DNA of 64,000 nucleotides from NCBI GenBank assembly GCA_009837085.1, contig VXUF01000111.1:13497-77496 (forward strand). The letters are read 5' to 3'. A program made the position numbers and the translations under genes. The DNA comes from Holophagales bacterium (GTDB lineage: Bacteria; Acidobacteriota; Thermoanaerobaculia; Multivoradales; Multivoraceae). Positions 41,439-51,188 of this stretch are shown in pieces (the first letter of the stretch is position 1; every line of letters starts with the position of its first letter). The notes below the pieces were generated by a model. The model was not told the origin of the DNA and made no database searches. It worked only from the letters and a program-made list of their open reading frames with translations.

Positions 41439-42815
41439 CTACGGATCGGTGCCGGCCCGTTGGCCGCGCTGCACCTGGCCCCAGCGCTCGAGGCGCAGAT
41501 GAGTGGCCACACCCGTCTCTGAATCGATCTCGAAGATCGCGATCTGCTCCTTGTCGCGGGTGCCGGCGAAGCGGTGGTCGCCGATCGGCACGGTCTCCCT
41601 GCCAGCGATCAGCAGTTTGCCGTCCTTCACCGCGACGGGTAGCGGACTCCGTCCGAAGTCGTAGATCCCGGCGTAGCGCTTCAGCTCCTCCTCGTCCAGG
41701 TCCACGGCGGGATGATCCGGTTCCGCCAAGCCGAGCACGGCCCTCGCGATGCGGGCTTCCAGTGGGCCGGGCTCGCCGCAGTTGCAGTTGGCTAGAACCG
41801 TGACGATCAGGTCGTCGTCCGGATACCAGGAGAGTTGGCTCAGGAAGCCGTTGATGCCGCCGCCGTGTTCGATCTTGGGGCGGCCGGCCATCTCGCCGAC
41901 GAACAGGCCGAGGCCGTAGCCGATCTCGTCGCCGCTGGGTAGCCGTCGCCGGGTCGTCATCGCCTCGAGCCCGTCCGGCCCGACCACGTCGCCGGCGCCT
42001 AGCGCAACGATCCAGCGCACCAGGTCGAGGACGCTGGAGCCGAGTGCTCCGGCCGCGAACGGCAGGTGCATGGAGAGCGGCTCGTCGTTCAGCAGGGCGC
42101 CGTCCTCGACCCGGTAGCCCTCGGCGCGGTTGGGCACGATCGGGTCGTTGTAGAGGTAGTGCGACTCCCGCATGCCGAGCGGCCGGAAGAACGTCTCCTC
42201 GAGGTAGTCGGCGTACGACTTGCCGCTCGCCTTCTCGACCAGCAGGCCCGCCAGGTAGTAGCCGGAGTTGTTGTATTGGTAGCGGTCGCCCGGCTCGAAC
42301 TCGTACGGCACCGTCGAGAACAGCTCGATCATCTGCTCGTGCGAGAGGTCGAGGCGGCCCTGTTCCCAGAAGGCCGGCATCTCGGTGTAGCCCTTGATGC
42401 CGCTCGTGTGATCGAGCAACTGGCCGCTCGTGATGTGGAACTCGCCGACCGGGTAGTCGGGGAAGTGCTTCGTCATCGGCTCGTCCAGGGCGACTTTCCC
42501 GTCTTCCACCAGCTTCATGACCGCCGCCGCGGTGAACTGCTTCGTCACGGAACCGATGCGGTAGACGGTGTGCTCGGTGGCCGGCACGCGGTTCTCGACG
42601 TCGGCCAGGCCATAGCCCCTGGCGAGGACCAGCTCCCCGCGGTACTGCACGGCGACGGAGATGCCGGGCGTCTGCGTGGCCTCCATCGAGTCGGAGACGA
42701 GTCCGTCGATGCGTTCGAGCAGGGCGCCGCGGTCGTCGGTGGCGGCCGCGGCCGGCGCGAGCGTTGCCGCCAAAGCGGAGAAGAGGGTGAGCCGGGCCAT
42801 CGATGGGATTCGCAT
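41439..42815 (-). CDS. Secreted serine hydrolase, class C beta-lactamase/DD-peptidase family
   Basis: Signal peptide, FRIGSVTKQFTA (SxxK), YQYNNSGY (YxN). Only 12 nt separate it from the divergent DUF3604 start. Confidence 0.85.
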   Translation of the reverse strand: MRIPSMARLTLFSALAATLAPAAAATDDRGALLERIDGLVSDSMEATQTPGISVAVQYRGELVLARGYGLADVENRVPATEHTVYRIGSVTKQFTAAAVMKLVEDGKVALDEPMTKHFPDYPVGEFHITSGQLLDHTSGIKGYTEMPAFWEQGRLDLSHEQMIELFSTVPYEFEPGDRYQYNNSGYYLAGLLVEKASGKSYADYLEETFFRPLGMRESHYLYNDPIVPNRAEGYRVEDGALLNDEPLSMHLPFAAGALGSSVLDLVRWIVALGAGDVVGPDGLEAMTTRRRLPSGDEIGYGLGLFVGEMAGRPKIEHGGGINGFLSQLSWYPDDDLIVTVLANCNCGEPGPLEARIARAVLGLAEPDHPAVDLDEEELKRYAGIYDFGRSPLPVAVKDGKLLIAGRETVPIGDHRFAGTRDKEQIAIFEIDSETGVATHLRLERWGQVQRGQRAGTDP

Positions 42816-42827
42816 GGACTCGATCCT

Positions 42828-44894
42828 ATGGCGCGCTACCCTGTGGAGATGCCCCTATCAAAGCGTCGAACGACCCTGCCGAAGCTCTCCGCCGCAGCCG
42901 TGATCCTGGGTCTCACCGCCTTCGGTTGCTCCGACACCTCCCTGTCCGTCAGGGACTACGCCGAGACGCCCGCGCCCGCCTCACCGACGGAGGGCTACAA
43001 CGAGCACCGGAACGTCTACTTCGGCGACGTCCACATCCACACCCGCTACTCCTTCGACGCCTACCTTCTCGGCGCCGAGGTCACGCCCGACGAGAGCTAC
43101 CGGTTCGCCAAGGGAGAGGAGATCGAGAGTTCCTTCGGCGATCCGATGAAGCTCCGCGAGCCCCTCGACTTCCTTGCCGTCTCGGACCACGGGTTCTTTC
43201 TCGGCATGGTGCCGCTGTGGGCCGACCCGTCGACCCGGGTGGGCCAGCTTCCCGGCGCGGAGGAGTTCCACGGCGTGAACGAGGGCGACAACCTGCACCC
43301 CTACTCGGTGCAGACGCGCTCGGTCCTCTTCCGCCAGAGCTTCGGACGCCAGATGCGTACCGATGGAGGCTTCCTGCGGCGCCAGCGGGCGCGGATGGTG
43401 AACCACCCGCAGATGCAGTACGCGTCCTTCGACGACGCTGCCCACCGCTCGGCCTGGGAGGACTCGATCCTGGCCGCCGAGCGTCACAACGACCCGGGCA
43501 ACTTCACCACCTTCATCGCCTACGAGTGGACCTCGTCGACGCCTGCGCCCGAGTCGGCGGCGTACCACCGCAACGTCATCTTTGCCGGGTCGAAGGCGCC
43601 GGCCCGGCCGTTCACGCGGATCGATTCGCACGAGCCCGAGCAGCTCTGGAGCTGGATGGACCGGCTGCGGGAGCAGGGCGTCGACAGCCTGGCGATTCCC
43701 CACAACATGAACCAGTCGCACGGCCAGGTGTTCCGGCTCAAGTACTCGGACGGCCGCGCCGTCGACAACGCCTTCGCCGAGCAGCGGATGCGGAACGAGC
43801 CGCTGGTCGAGCTGACCCAGGTCAAGGGCACCTCGGAGACCCACCCCAGGCTCTCGCCCGACGACGAGTGGGCCGACTTCGAGATCCTGAACACCCGCAA
43901 GGGCAAGATCTCCGCGCACAGCGATCCGAGCCGCAGCTACGCGCGGCAGGCCCTGGTCAGCGGGCTGGCGCTCGAGCAGGAGGGCCGCGGCAATCCGTTC
44001 AAGATCGGTTTCGTCGGTTCGAGCGACACCCACAGCGGGGCACCCTCCTTCGACGAGTCGAACACCTTCGGGTCGTCGCCGGTCTCGGGGACGGCCGAGA
44101 ACCGGGGGTCGGTGCCGGTCTCGCAGGAGCGGCTGGACTACATCGCCGGACTGCCGCCGGCGGAGCAGGCGTTCGGCGAAGTGGTCGACGACGCACTGGG
44201 ACCGTACTTCGGGATGCGGCGTGCCCAGTTCTCCGCCTCCGGCCTGGCCGCCGTGTGGGCGGAGGAGAACACCCGCGACGCCATCTTCCAGGGGATGCGC
44301 CGCAAGGAGACCTACGCCACCTCGGGCACCCGCATCCGGCTCCGCTTCTTTGGCGGCTTCGACTACGACGGCCTCGATACGGCCAGCCCGGACCTGGTCG
44401 GGCAGGCCTACGCCGGCGGCGTGCCGATGGGCGGCGACCTGGTCGCCGACGGCGACGCGGCGCCCCGCTTCCTGGTCTGGGCCCAGCAGGACCGCCTTAG
44501 CGCCCCGCTGCAGCGGCTCCAGGTCGTCAAGGGCTGGTACGACAGCGGCTACCGCAAGGAGACCCGGGAGCAGGTCTACGACGTGGCCTGCTCGGACGGC
44601 GGCGCGGTCGATCCGGAAACCCATCGCTGCCCCGACAACGGGGCCACCGTCGATCTCACGGATTGCTCCTTCAGCGAAGACCTGGGCGCCGGCGAACTCG
44701 CCGCGGTCTGGGAGGACCCGAACTTCGACCCGGGCACCGACGCCGTCTACTACGTGCGCGTACTCGAGAACCCGACCTGCCGCTGGACCACCTGGGACGC
44801 GCTACGGGCTGGCGTCGAGCCGCGCGGCGGTGTGGCGGCGACGATCCAGGAACGGGCCTGGTCGTCGCCGATCTGGTACTACGCGCCGCGCTAG
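42828..44894 (+). CDS. DUF3604 domain-containing secreted protein/lipoprotein
   Basis: LTAFGCS lipobox-like, then YFGDVHIHTRYSFDAY, FLAVSDHG, FIAYEWTS. Alternative in-frame ATG at 42849. Confidence 0.8.
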   Translation: MARYPVEMPLSKRRTTLPKLSAAAVILGLTAFGCSDTSLSVRDYAETPAPASPTEGYNEHRNVYFGDVHIHTRYSFDAYLLGAEVTPDESYRFAKGEEIESSFGDPMKLREPLDFLAVSDHGFFLGMVPLWADPSTRVGQLPGAEEFHGVNEGDNLHPYSVQTRSVLFRQSFGRQMRTDGGFLRRQRARMVNHPQMQYASFDDAAHRSAWEDSILAAERHNDPGNFTTFIAYEWTSSTPAPESAAYHRNVIFAGSKAPARPFTRIDSHEPEQLWSWMDRLREQGVDSLAIPHNMNQSHGQVFRLKYSDGRAVDNAFAEQRMRNEPLVELTQVKGTSETHPRLSPDDEWADFEILNTRKGKISAHSDPSRSYARQALVSGLALEQEGRGNPFKIGFVGSSDTHSGAPSFDESNTFGSSPVSGTAENRGSVPVSQERLDYIAGLPPAEQAFGEVVDDALGPYFGMRRAQFSASGLAAVWAEENTRDAIFQGMRRKETYATSGTRIRLRFFGGFDYDGLDTASPDLVGQAYAGGVPMGGDLVADGDAAPRFLVWAQQDRLSAPLQRLQVVKGWYDSGYRKETREQVYDVACSDGGAVDPETHRCPDNGATVDLTDCSFSEDLGAGELAAVWEDPNFDPGTDAVYYVRVLENPTCRWTTWDALRAGVEPRGGVAATIQERAWSSPIWYYAPR

Positions 44895-44898
44895 GAGC

Positions 44899-44966
44899 CT
44901 GCGCGGCAGAAACTGGGTGCGCCGGGTTCCCGCCGGCATCCGGCGCGAAGCGCCGGGTTCTGGACG
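44899..44966. repeat. REP-like palindromic intergenic repeat, copy B
   Basis: CTGCGCGGC-n4-ACTGGGTGCGCCGGGTTCCCGCCGGCATCCGGCGCGAAGCGCCGGGTTCTGGACG. Begins 5 nt after the DUF3604 stop. The second hairpin CCGGCGC-GAA-GCGCCGG is perfect. Confidence 0.75.
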
Positions 44967-45064
44967 TTCTGCCGCGCGCCACCGGACCCGTCGCGAGATG
45001 TCCCGGCAGGGTCATTGACAAAAGAGGACCAATTCGATCCACTATTGAGCCTTCCGACGATCCC

Positions 45065-46315
45065 ATGCGCCGATTCGCCCGCAAGTTGCATCGCTACGCC
45101 GGACTCGTCCTGGCGCTCTTCCTCGTTGTCGTCGGCCTGACCGGGAGCGCGCTTGCGTTCTACGAGGAGATCGACGCCTGGCTGAATCCCGATCTGATGC
45201 ACGTGCCGCCGGGGCGCCCCGCGCTGTCGGCGTCCGAACTCACTTCACGCATCGAGGCATGGGATGACCGTATTCAGGAAAGGACCCTCACGCTGCCGGG
45301 TGACAGTGCCCAAGCGGCCCGCGCGTTTGTCCTACCGGAGGACCCGATTCTGGCCGCCGATCCGGACTATGCCGACGAACTGGGCTTCACGGAGGTGTGG
45401 GCGGATCCGGCCACCGGCGCGGTGCTCGGTACCCGACTCTGGGGGTCCTGCTGTCTTGGGCGCGCGGAGCTCATGCCCTTCATCTACCGCCTCCACTACA
45501 CGCTGCACGCGCCGGGGCGCATCGGGGTCTGGTTGCTCGGCGGCATCTCGGTGCTGTGGACCTTCGACTGCTTGATCGGCTTCTACCTGACGCTGCCGCG
45601 GCGCCGTCCGTTCTGGTCGCGCTGGAAGAAGTCGTGGAAGGTGAAGACGGATGCCGGCGCCGAGCGGACGAACTACGACACGCATCGCGCCGGCGGTCTG
45701 TGGCTCTGGGGCGTCCTGTTCCTGCTCGCCGTCACCGGCGTGTACTTCAACCTGAATCGCGAGGTCTTCCGGCCGGTGGTCGAGGTGTTCTCGAAGCCCA
45801 AGCCCTACCCTTTCGAGACCCGTGAGACCCTGGCGCGGGAGGACTGGGGCAGGGACCTGATCGGCTTCGACCGGGCGATCGACCTGGCTTCGGTCGAGGC
45901 CGCGCGCCGCGGCTGGCCGAGCGGCTTGACCCGCGTGGGCGTCGTACCGGCGCAGGCCTACTACATCGTCTACTTCGAGCCGCTCGAGGGCGTGCGTTCC
46001 GGCCTCGGGTCGCCGATCGTTTACGTCGACGGCCATGACGGCTCCCTGATCGGCGACAGTGTGCCGCTCGAGGGGAGTGCCGCGGACGTGATCTACCGGC
46101 TGCAGTTCCCCATCCACAGCGGCCAGATTCTCGGCCTCCCGGGGCGGATCATCATCTTCCTCGCCGGCATCGTCACTGCGGTGCTTTCGGTGACCGGCGT
46201 CGTCATCTGGGCGCTCGGTGTGCGCCGGCGGGCCCGCAACGGACACCGGCGGACAGCCGCGAGACCTTCACCGCTGCGGCAGGCAGTGCCCGACGCCGGT
46301 CGTGGTGGGCCGTGA
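45065..46315 (+). CDS. PepSY-associated TM helix domain protein (PiuB-like)
   Basis: RKLHRYAGLVLALFLVVVGLTGSALAFYEEID, HRAGGLWLWGVLFLLAVTG, LQFPIHSGQILG. The last 13 nt overlap tRNA-Lys on the other strand. Confidence 0.75.
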   Translation: MRRFARKLHRYAGLVLALFLVVVGLTGSALAFYEEIDAWLNPDLMHVPPGRPALSASELTSRIEAWDDRIQERTLTLPGDSAQAARAFVLPEDPILAADPDYADELGFTEVWADPATGAVLGTRLWGSCCLGRAELMPFIYRLHYTLHAPGRIGVWLLGGISVLWTFDCLIGFYLTLPRRRPFWSRWKKSWKVKTDAGAERTNYDTHRAGGLWLWGVLFLLAVTGVYFNLNREVFRPVVEVFSKPKPYPFETRETLAREDWGRDLIGFDRAIDLASVEAARRGWPSGLTRVGVVPAQAYYIVYFEPLEGVRSGLGSPIVYVDGHDGSLIGDSVPLEGSAADVIYRLQFPIHSGQILGLPGRIIIFLAGIVTAVLSVTGVVIWALGVRRRARNGHRRTAARPSPLRQAVPDAGRGGP

Positions 46316-46378
46316 GGGGATCGAACCCCCGACCCTTGGATTAAAAGTCCACTGCTCTACCAACTGAGCTAACGGCCC
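46303..46378 (-). tRNA. tRNA-Lys (TTT), CCA encoded
   Basis: GGGCCGT-TA-GCTC-AGTTGGTA-GAGC-A-GTGGA-CTTTTAA-TCCAA-GGGTC-GGGGG-TTCGATC-CCCTC-ACGGCCC-A-CCA. Confidence 0.92.
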
Positions 46379-46397
46379 GGCGCAGTATACGTCCGCG

Positions 46398-47744
46398 CTA
46401 ATCGCCGACGGCCGCCTGCACCGCTCCGAGACGGTCGCCCAGCCACTCCCCGAGCGCGCCGCCGCCGCTGACGACGGTTTCCTCACGCCGTGGACCGGAC
46501 GAGATCAGATCCGCGCTGGCCTCGAGTTCCTGCTCCAGGAAGTCGATGTAGTCGAGGGCGGCCTGCGGCAGGTCCCTCCGCTCGAGTACCCCGCGCGTGT
46601 CCTGTTTCCAGCCGGGGAAGCTGCGGTAGATGGGCTCGGCGGCTTCCAGCCGGTCGGTGACCGCCGGCAGGTTGTGCACCACCTCGCCGCCGATGCGGTA
46701 GGCGACGCAGACCTGGAGTTCTTCGAGTTCGTCGAGCACGTCGATCTTCGTCAGCGCCAGGCAGCGCGCCCCGTTGACCCTGCTCGCGTGGCGCAGGACG
46801 ACCAGGTCGAGCCAGCCGCAGCGCCGGGGCCGGCCGGTCGTCGTGCCGAACTCGTGTCCGCGGTCCCGCAGGTGGCTTCCCACGTCGTCGAACAGCTCGG
46901 TGGGCATCGGCCCTTCGCCGACCCGGGTCGTGTAGGCCTTGACTACCCCGATCGCGCCGTCGATCGCCGTCGGCGGCACGCCGCTGCCGGTCGCGGCGCC
47001 GCCGGTCGTCGAGTTCGAGCTCGTCACGTAGGGATAGGTCCCGTGGTCGACGTCGAGCAGGGCGCCCTGCGCGCCCTCGAACAGGATGGTGCCACCACTG
47101 CGCATCAGATCGTCCAGTTCGACCGACAGGTCGCAGAGGTAGGGAGACAGGCGTTCGGCCCAGCGGGTGAAGTCTTCGGCGGCGGCTTCGGGGTCCAGTT
47201 CGGCGCCGTCGGCGGCGGCGCGCTCGAAGTCCGCGACCCGTACGATCTGCCGGTTCATCATCGCCTCGCCGCCGGCGACGAGTTCCGCCAGGCGGATGCC
47301 GGTGCGGCCGATCTTGCTCTCGTAGGCCGGGCCGATGCCCTTGGCCGTCGTGCCGATTCGGTTCGCTCCCCGAGCCTCCTCGCGGACGATGTCGAGCGCC
47401 ACGTGCACCGGCGTCAGGGCGTGCGCCCGGTCGGAAAGCCGCAGCCGGCCGGCCGTTTCGATGCCTCGTCGCTCCAGTTGGGCGACCTCGGCGAGAAAGG
47501 CGTCCGGGTTGATCACCATGCCGTTGCCCAGGTAGCAGGCCACTCCCTCGTGCAGGATGCCGGAGGGGATCAGGTGCAACGCGAAGTGCTCGTCGCCCTC
47601 GCCGCTGCCGAACTTCACCGTGTGGCCGGCGTTGTTTCCGCCCTGGAAGCGGACCACGGCGTCGAAGGCGGGGCACAGGAGATCGATGATCTTCCCCTTG
47701 CCCTCGTCGCCCCACTGCATGCCGACGACGGCTACGTTCGCCAT
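46398..47744 (-). CDS. purA: Adenylosuccinate synthetase
   Basis: VVGMQWGDEGKGKIIDLL, RFQGGNNAGHTV, GTTAKGIGPAYE, TTTGRPRRCGWLD. Confidence 0.96.
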   Translation of the reverse strand: MANVAVVGMQWGDEGKGKIIDLLCPAFDAVVRFQGGNNAGHTVKFGSGEGDEHFALHLIPSGILHEGVACYLGNGMVINPDAFLAEVAQLERRGIETAGRLRLSDRAHALTPVHVALDIVREEARGANRIGTTAKGIGPAYESKIGRTGIRLAELVAGGEAMMNRQIVRVADFERAAADGAELDPEAAAEDFTRWAERLSPYLCDLSVELDDLMRSGGTILFEGAQGALLDVDHGTYPYVTSSNSTTGGAATGSGVPPTAIDGAIGVVKAYTTRVGEGPMPTELFDDVGSHLRDRGHEFGTTTGRPRRCGWLDLVVLRHASRVNGARCLALTKIDVLDELEELQVCVAYRIGGEVVHNLPAVTDRLEAAEPIYRSFPGWKQDTRGVLERRDLPQAALDYIDFLEQELEASADLISSGPRREETVVSGGGALGEWLGDRLGAVQAAVGD

Positions 47745-47846
47745 GTCCGGTTCCCTCAGGCAACTCGCGGTTCGGCCCGCATCGCGCCGACGCGGGGAGC
47801 GCGACCCTAGCAGTGACAGGCCACCGCTGCCGTATCATCCCGGCCC

Positions 47847-49670
47847 GTGGCCGAACGTGCTGGCGCCGCTTCCTTCGTTCGCGAGTCGCTGGTCGCCTGC
47901 GGCCGCGACCTGAGCGCCGGTCTGTTGTTCGGCGCGCTGCTGGTCGGCGGCCCGATCTCGCTTGCGCACCTGGTGCACAACCGGACGGAAAGCGCCGTCA
48001 CCGGAGTCGCCGCGCTCCTGCTGTTCGCGTTGCTCTACGGGGTCTGGGCGGGCGCCGCTTTTGGCGGTCTGGGGTTGCTGTGGCGGACGCTCGCCCAACT
48101 GCGCCGCAGGCCCGCGGGCAACCCGGTCGTCTTCGCCGCCTGCCTCTTCAATCTCGTTTTCCTCGAGCTCGTCCTGTTCTACGGCCTGACCTACGGGCAG
48201 GTCCCCTGGTTCACGCCCGGCGGCTTCCGGAGCATGGCGCTGTTTCTTGCCGTGGCCGGCGGCCTGACCGGCGCCGTCATCTGGATCGTCACCTGGGCGC
48301 TTGCGGCTCGGGCGGCCCGTCTCGCCGCCTCTGGTCGACTGCCGCGGCTGGTGGGCGCGCTCGCGCTGGCCCTGGTCGTGGCCCACGTGGTGCGGCCGAT
48401 CGCGTTCCGGCTCGCTCCGGAGGAAAGGACGGCGTCCTTCGACCCGACGGCGCTGGTCGCCGGCGACGGGCCGCCGGTGGCCCTGCTGGGCTTCGACGGG
48501 GTGGACCCCGACATGCTCCAGGACCTGATCGACGACGGCGAGCTGCCGAACCTGGCGCAGTTCGTCCGCGAGGGCACGTCGAGCCGGCTCGGGACGATCA
48601 GCGACGCCAACTCCGCGGTGATCTGGGCGTCGATCTACACCGGCGAGACGCCCCGGCGGCACGGCGTCCACGACTTCTACCGGATTCGGTTTCCGGGTTC
48701 GGGAGCCGGCCTGTTTCCGGTTCACCGCACCAGCTTCAAGGAGCTGATCGACCTGGTGGCCGGGGCGCCGGGGATCTCGCGGCGCTTCGTCAACCGGCTC
48801 GACCTGGCGTCGCCGCCGATCTGGGAGATCGCGGATCGGGCCGGGCTGCCGACCGTCGTCGTCGACGGCTACTTCTACTCGTTCCCGGCTCAGCGGATGT
48901 TCGATCCGTCGAGCCGGCTTCTCGGCTACGGCCTGAACGACACGCTGGCGGCGTCCGGCACCGTGGACACGACGCTCGAGTGGTTCGCGCAGCCGCCGGA
49001 GTTGCCGCAGGAGGTCATGGACGCGGCCGCCGGCCGGCCGGACCTCGACTGGCAGCACCGGGCCGTGATCGCCCTGCTGGAGCACCGCTCCGCGCAGGGC
49101 GAGCCGCCGCCGCGTTTCCTCAACCTCTACACCCATGAACCGGACACCGTCTCGCACCAGCGCTGGCGCTGGGCCGAGCCGGAGTTCTTCCCGTTCGTCT
49201 CTCGGGCGGGCATCGAAGAGCACGGGGAAGCGGTGGCCGACGTCTACCGGCGGATCGACGGCCTGGTCGGCGAGTTGCGCCGGGCCCTGGGTCCGGAGAC
49301 GGTCTTCGTCGTCGCCTCGGATCACGGCCAGTCGCCGACCTTCGTCCATCGGCTGTACACCCAGCACCGGCACGGCCCGGATGGCGTCCTGCTGATGTAC
49401 GGCCCCGGCATCCGCCGCGGCCACCGGCTGGAGACTAGCCACGTGCTCGATGTCTTCCCGACCATGCTGGCGCTGCTGGGTCTGCCTCTGCCGGAGGATG
49501 CGGAGGGCAGGGTGCTGAGCGAGGCGTTCGAGGCGCCGTTCGATGTGGGTTCGTCCGGGCGCGTGGCGACCTACCGCGACGCGTGGCAGCCGGTCGACAC
49601 GGTGGGCGGCACCGACGTCGAGCGGACGCGGCAGGAGATCGAGCGCCTTAAGGCGATGGGGTACTTGTAA
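47847..49670 (+). CDS. Membrane-anchored alkaline-phosphatase-superfamily protein (type I phosphodiesterase/NPP-like)
   Basis: About 200-aa N-terminal polytopic region, then LLGFDGVDPD, IWASIYTGETPRRHG, VVASDHGQ. C-terminal tail EIERLKAMGYL. Confidence 0.7.
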   Translation: MAERAGAASFVRESLVACGRDLSAGLLFGALLVGGPISLAHLVHNRTESAVTGVAALLLFALLYGVWAGAAFGGLGLLWRTLAQLRRRPAGNPVVFAACLFNLVFLELVLFYGLTYGQVPWFTPGGFRSMALFLAVAGGLTGAVIWIVTWALAARAARLAASGRLPRLVGALALALVVAHVVRPIAFRLAPEERTASFDPTALVAGDGPPVALLGFDGVDPDMLQDLIDDGELPNLAQFVREGTSSRLGTISDANSAVIWASIYTGETPRRHGVHDFYRIRFPGSGAGLFPVHRTSFKELIDLVAGAPGISRRFVNRLDLASPPIWEIADRAGLPTVVVDGYFYSFPAQRMFDPSSRLLGYGLNDTLAASGTVDTTLEWFAQPPELPQEVMDAAAGRPDLDWQHRAVIALLEHRSAQGEPPPRFLNLYTHEPDTVSHQRWRWAEPEFFPFVSRAGIEEHGEAVADVYRRIDGLVGELRRALGPETVFVVASDHGQSPTFVHRLYTQHRHGPDGVLLMYGPGIRRGHRLETSHVLDVFPTMLALLGLPLPEDAEGRVLSEAFEAPFDVGSSGRVATYRDAWQPVDTVGGTDVERTRQEIERLKAMGYL

Positions 49671-49676
49671 CCGGCG

Positions 49677-49728
49677 CTGCCGCACACTGGGTGCGCCGGC
49701 GCCCCCGCCGGCTGCCGCCGCAGGCGGC
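49677..49728. repeat. REP-like palindromic intergenic repeat, copy C (shorter/diverged 3' half)
   Basis: ACTGGGTGCGCCGGCGCCCCCGCCGGC (49686-49712) differs from copy A at 1 position. The second hairpin is replaced by GCCGCC-GCA-GGCGGC (49714-49728). Begins 7 nt after the upstream stop. Confidence 0.7.
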
Positions 49729-49786
49729 CAGTGAGGCGCGCCGGCCGCCAGGCCGGCTCCATTCAGGCTTCGCGCAGAATAGGTCC

Positions 49787-51181
49787 ATGTCCACCATCCG
49801 GCAGGCGCTCACCGCCCTCGACCGCGACGCGGCCGGACGGTCGATGATGGACCTCGCCGCCGAGCTCTACCCGATCCCCCGCAGCCTCACCGGCGACGGC
49901 GTCCGCGCGACCCTCGATCGGATCGCCCGTCGGATGCCGCTGGAACGCCACGAACTCCCCACCGGCACGCAGATCCTCGACTGGACCGTGCCCCGTGAGT
50001 GGAACCCCCGCGAGGCGTGGATCCGCGATCCCTCGGGCCGCCGCGTCGTCGACCTCGCGGACCACAGCCTCCACCTGGTCGGCTACAGCACCCCGGTTCA
50101 CCGCAGGATGACGCTCGACGAGTTGCTACCGCACCTGCACAGCCTGCCGGAACAGCCGGACCTGATCCCGTACCGCACCTCCTACTACGAGGAAACCTGG
50201 GGTTTCTGCCTGCCTCATCGCCTCCTTGCGTCCCTGCCCGACGGCGAGCACGAGGTCTGCATCGACGCCTCGCTCGAGGACGGCTCGATGACCTGGGGCG
50301 AGTTCCTGCTGCCCGGTTCGAGCGCCGAAGAGGTGCTCATCTCGAGCCACGTCTGCCACCCGCAGCTCGCAAACGACAACCTCTCGGGGATCGCGGTCGC
50401 GCTCCATCTGGCCGAGGCCCTCGGCCGGGTCTCCGAACGCCGCTACAGCTACCGCTTCCTGTTCGCCCCGGGCGGCATCGGCGCCATCGCCTGGCTGGCC
50501 CGGAACCGCGAGCGGCTCGACACCTTCCGCCACGGCCTGATCGCCGCCAACCTGGGCGACGCGGGCGGCTTTCACTACAAGAGGAGCCGCCGCGGCGACC
50601 GCGAGATCGACCGCGCCGTCGCCGCCGCCCTGGCCAATCTCGGCGAGGACCTCGTCACCGAGGACTTCTTCCCCTTCGGCTACGACGAGCGCCAGTACTG
50701 CTCCCCGGGCTTCGACCTGCCCGTCGGCGTCCTGACCCGTACGCCCTGGGGCCGCTACCCCGAGTACCACACCTCCGCCGACGACCTCTCGTTCATCAGC
50801 GCGGAAGCCCTCGCCGGCTCGCTCGCGGCGTACCTGGCGACCGCCGCCATGTTGGAGGAAGGCGACGTCCGCAACTGCGCCGAGGGTTCATCTGGCGAAC
50901 GGCAACGCCGCCGGCCCCGGGTCCCGGACTCCGTCGGCGACCGCCGCTACCGCAACCTCAAGCCTTTCGGCGAACCGCAGCTCGGCCGCCGCGGCCTCTA
51001 CGGCGGCCTCGGCGGCGCCGGCCGCAGGGAGTTCGAGATCGCGATGCTGTGGGTACTCAACCAGAGCGACGGCGAGCACTCCCTGGACGACATCGCGGAG
51101 CGCTCCGGGTTGCCGGAGGGCCTCCTCGGCGAGGCGGCTGACGCGCTGCTCGAAGCCGGTTTGCTGGAAGAACAGGCCTGA
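49787..51181 (+). CDS. DUF4910/DUF2172 aminopeptidase-like domain protein (COG4310-like, polysaccharide-cluster associated) with C-terminal winged-helix region
   Basis: LYPIPRSLTGDGVRATLD, GTQILDWTVPREWN, SHVCHPQLANDNLSGIAV. ATG at 49787; the upstream ORF extension runs through repeat copy C. Confidence 0.7.
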   Translation: MSTIRQALTALDRDAAGRSMMDLAAELYPIPRSLTGDGVRATLDRIARRMPLERHELPTGTQILDWTVPREWNPREAWIRDPSGRRVVDLADHSLHLVGYSTPVHRRMTLDELLPHLHSLPEQPDLIPYRTSYYEETWGFCLPHRLLASLPDGEHEVCIDASLEDGSMTWGEFLLPGSSAEEVLISSHVCHPQLANDNLSGIAVALHLAEALGRVSERRYSYRFLFAPGGIGAIAWLARNRERLDTFRHGLIAANLGDAGGFHYKRSRRGDREIDRAVAAALANLGEDLVTEDFFPFGYDERQYCSPGFDLPVGVLTRTPWGRYPEYHTSADDLSFISAEALAGSLAAYLATAAMLEEGDVRNCAEGSSGERQRRRPRVPDSVGDRRYRNLKPFGEPQLGRRGLYGGLGGAGRREFEIAMLWVLNQSDGEHSLDDIAERSGLPEGLLGEAADALLEAGLLEEQA

Positions 51182-51188
51182 GCGCGCC

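Noticed and set aside
46483-49685. 451-aa (46483-47838, minus) and 616-aa (47835-49685, minus) ORFs
   Set aside because: These are an alternative frame of purA and the antisense of the AlkP-family gene respectively. Both have Arg/Pro/Gly-rich composition and no motifs.
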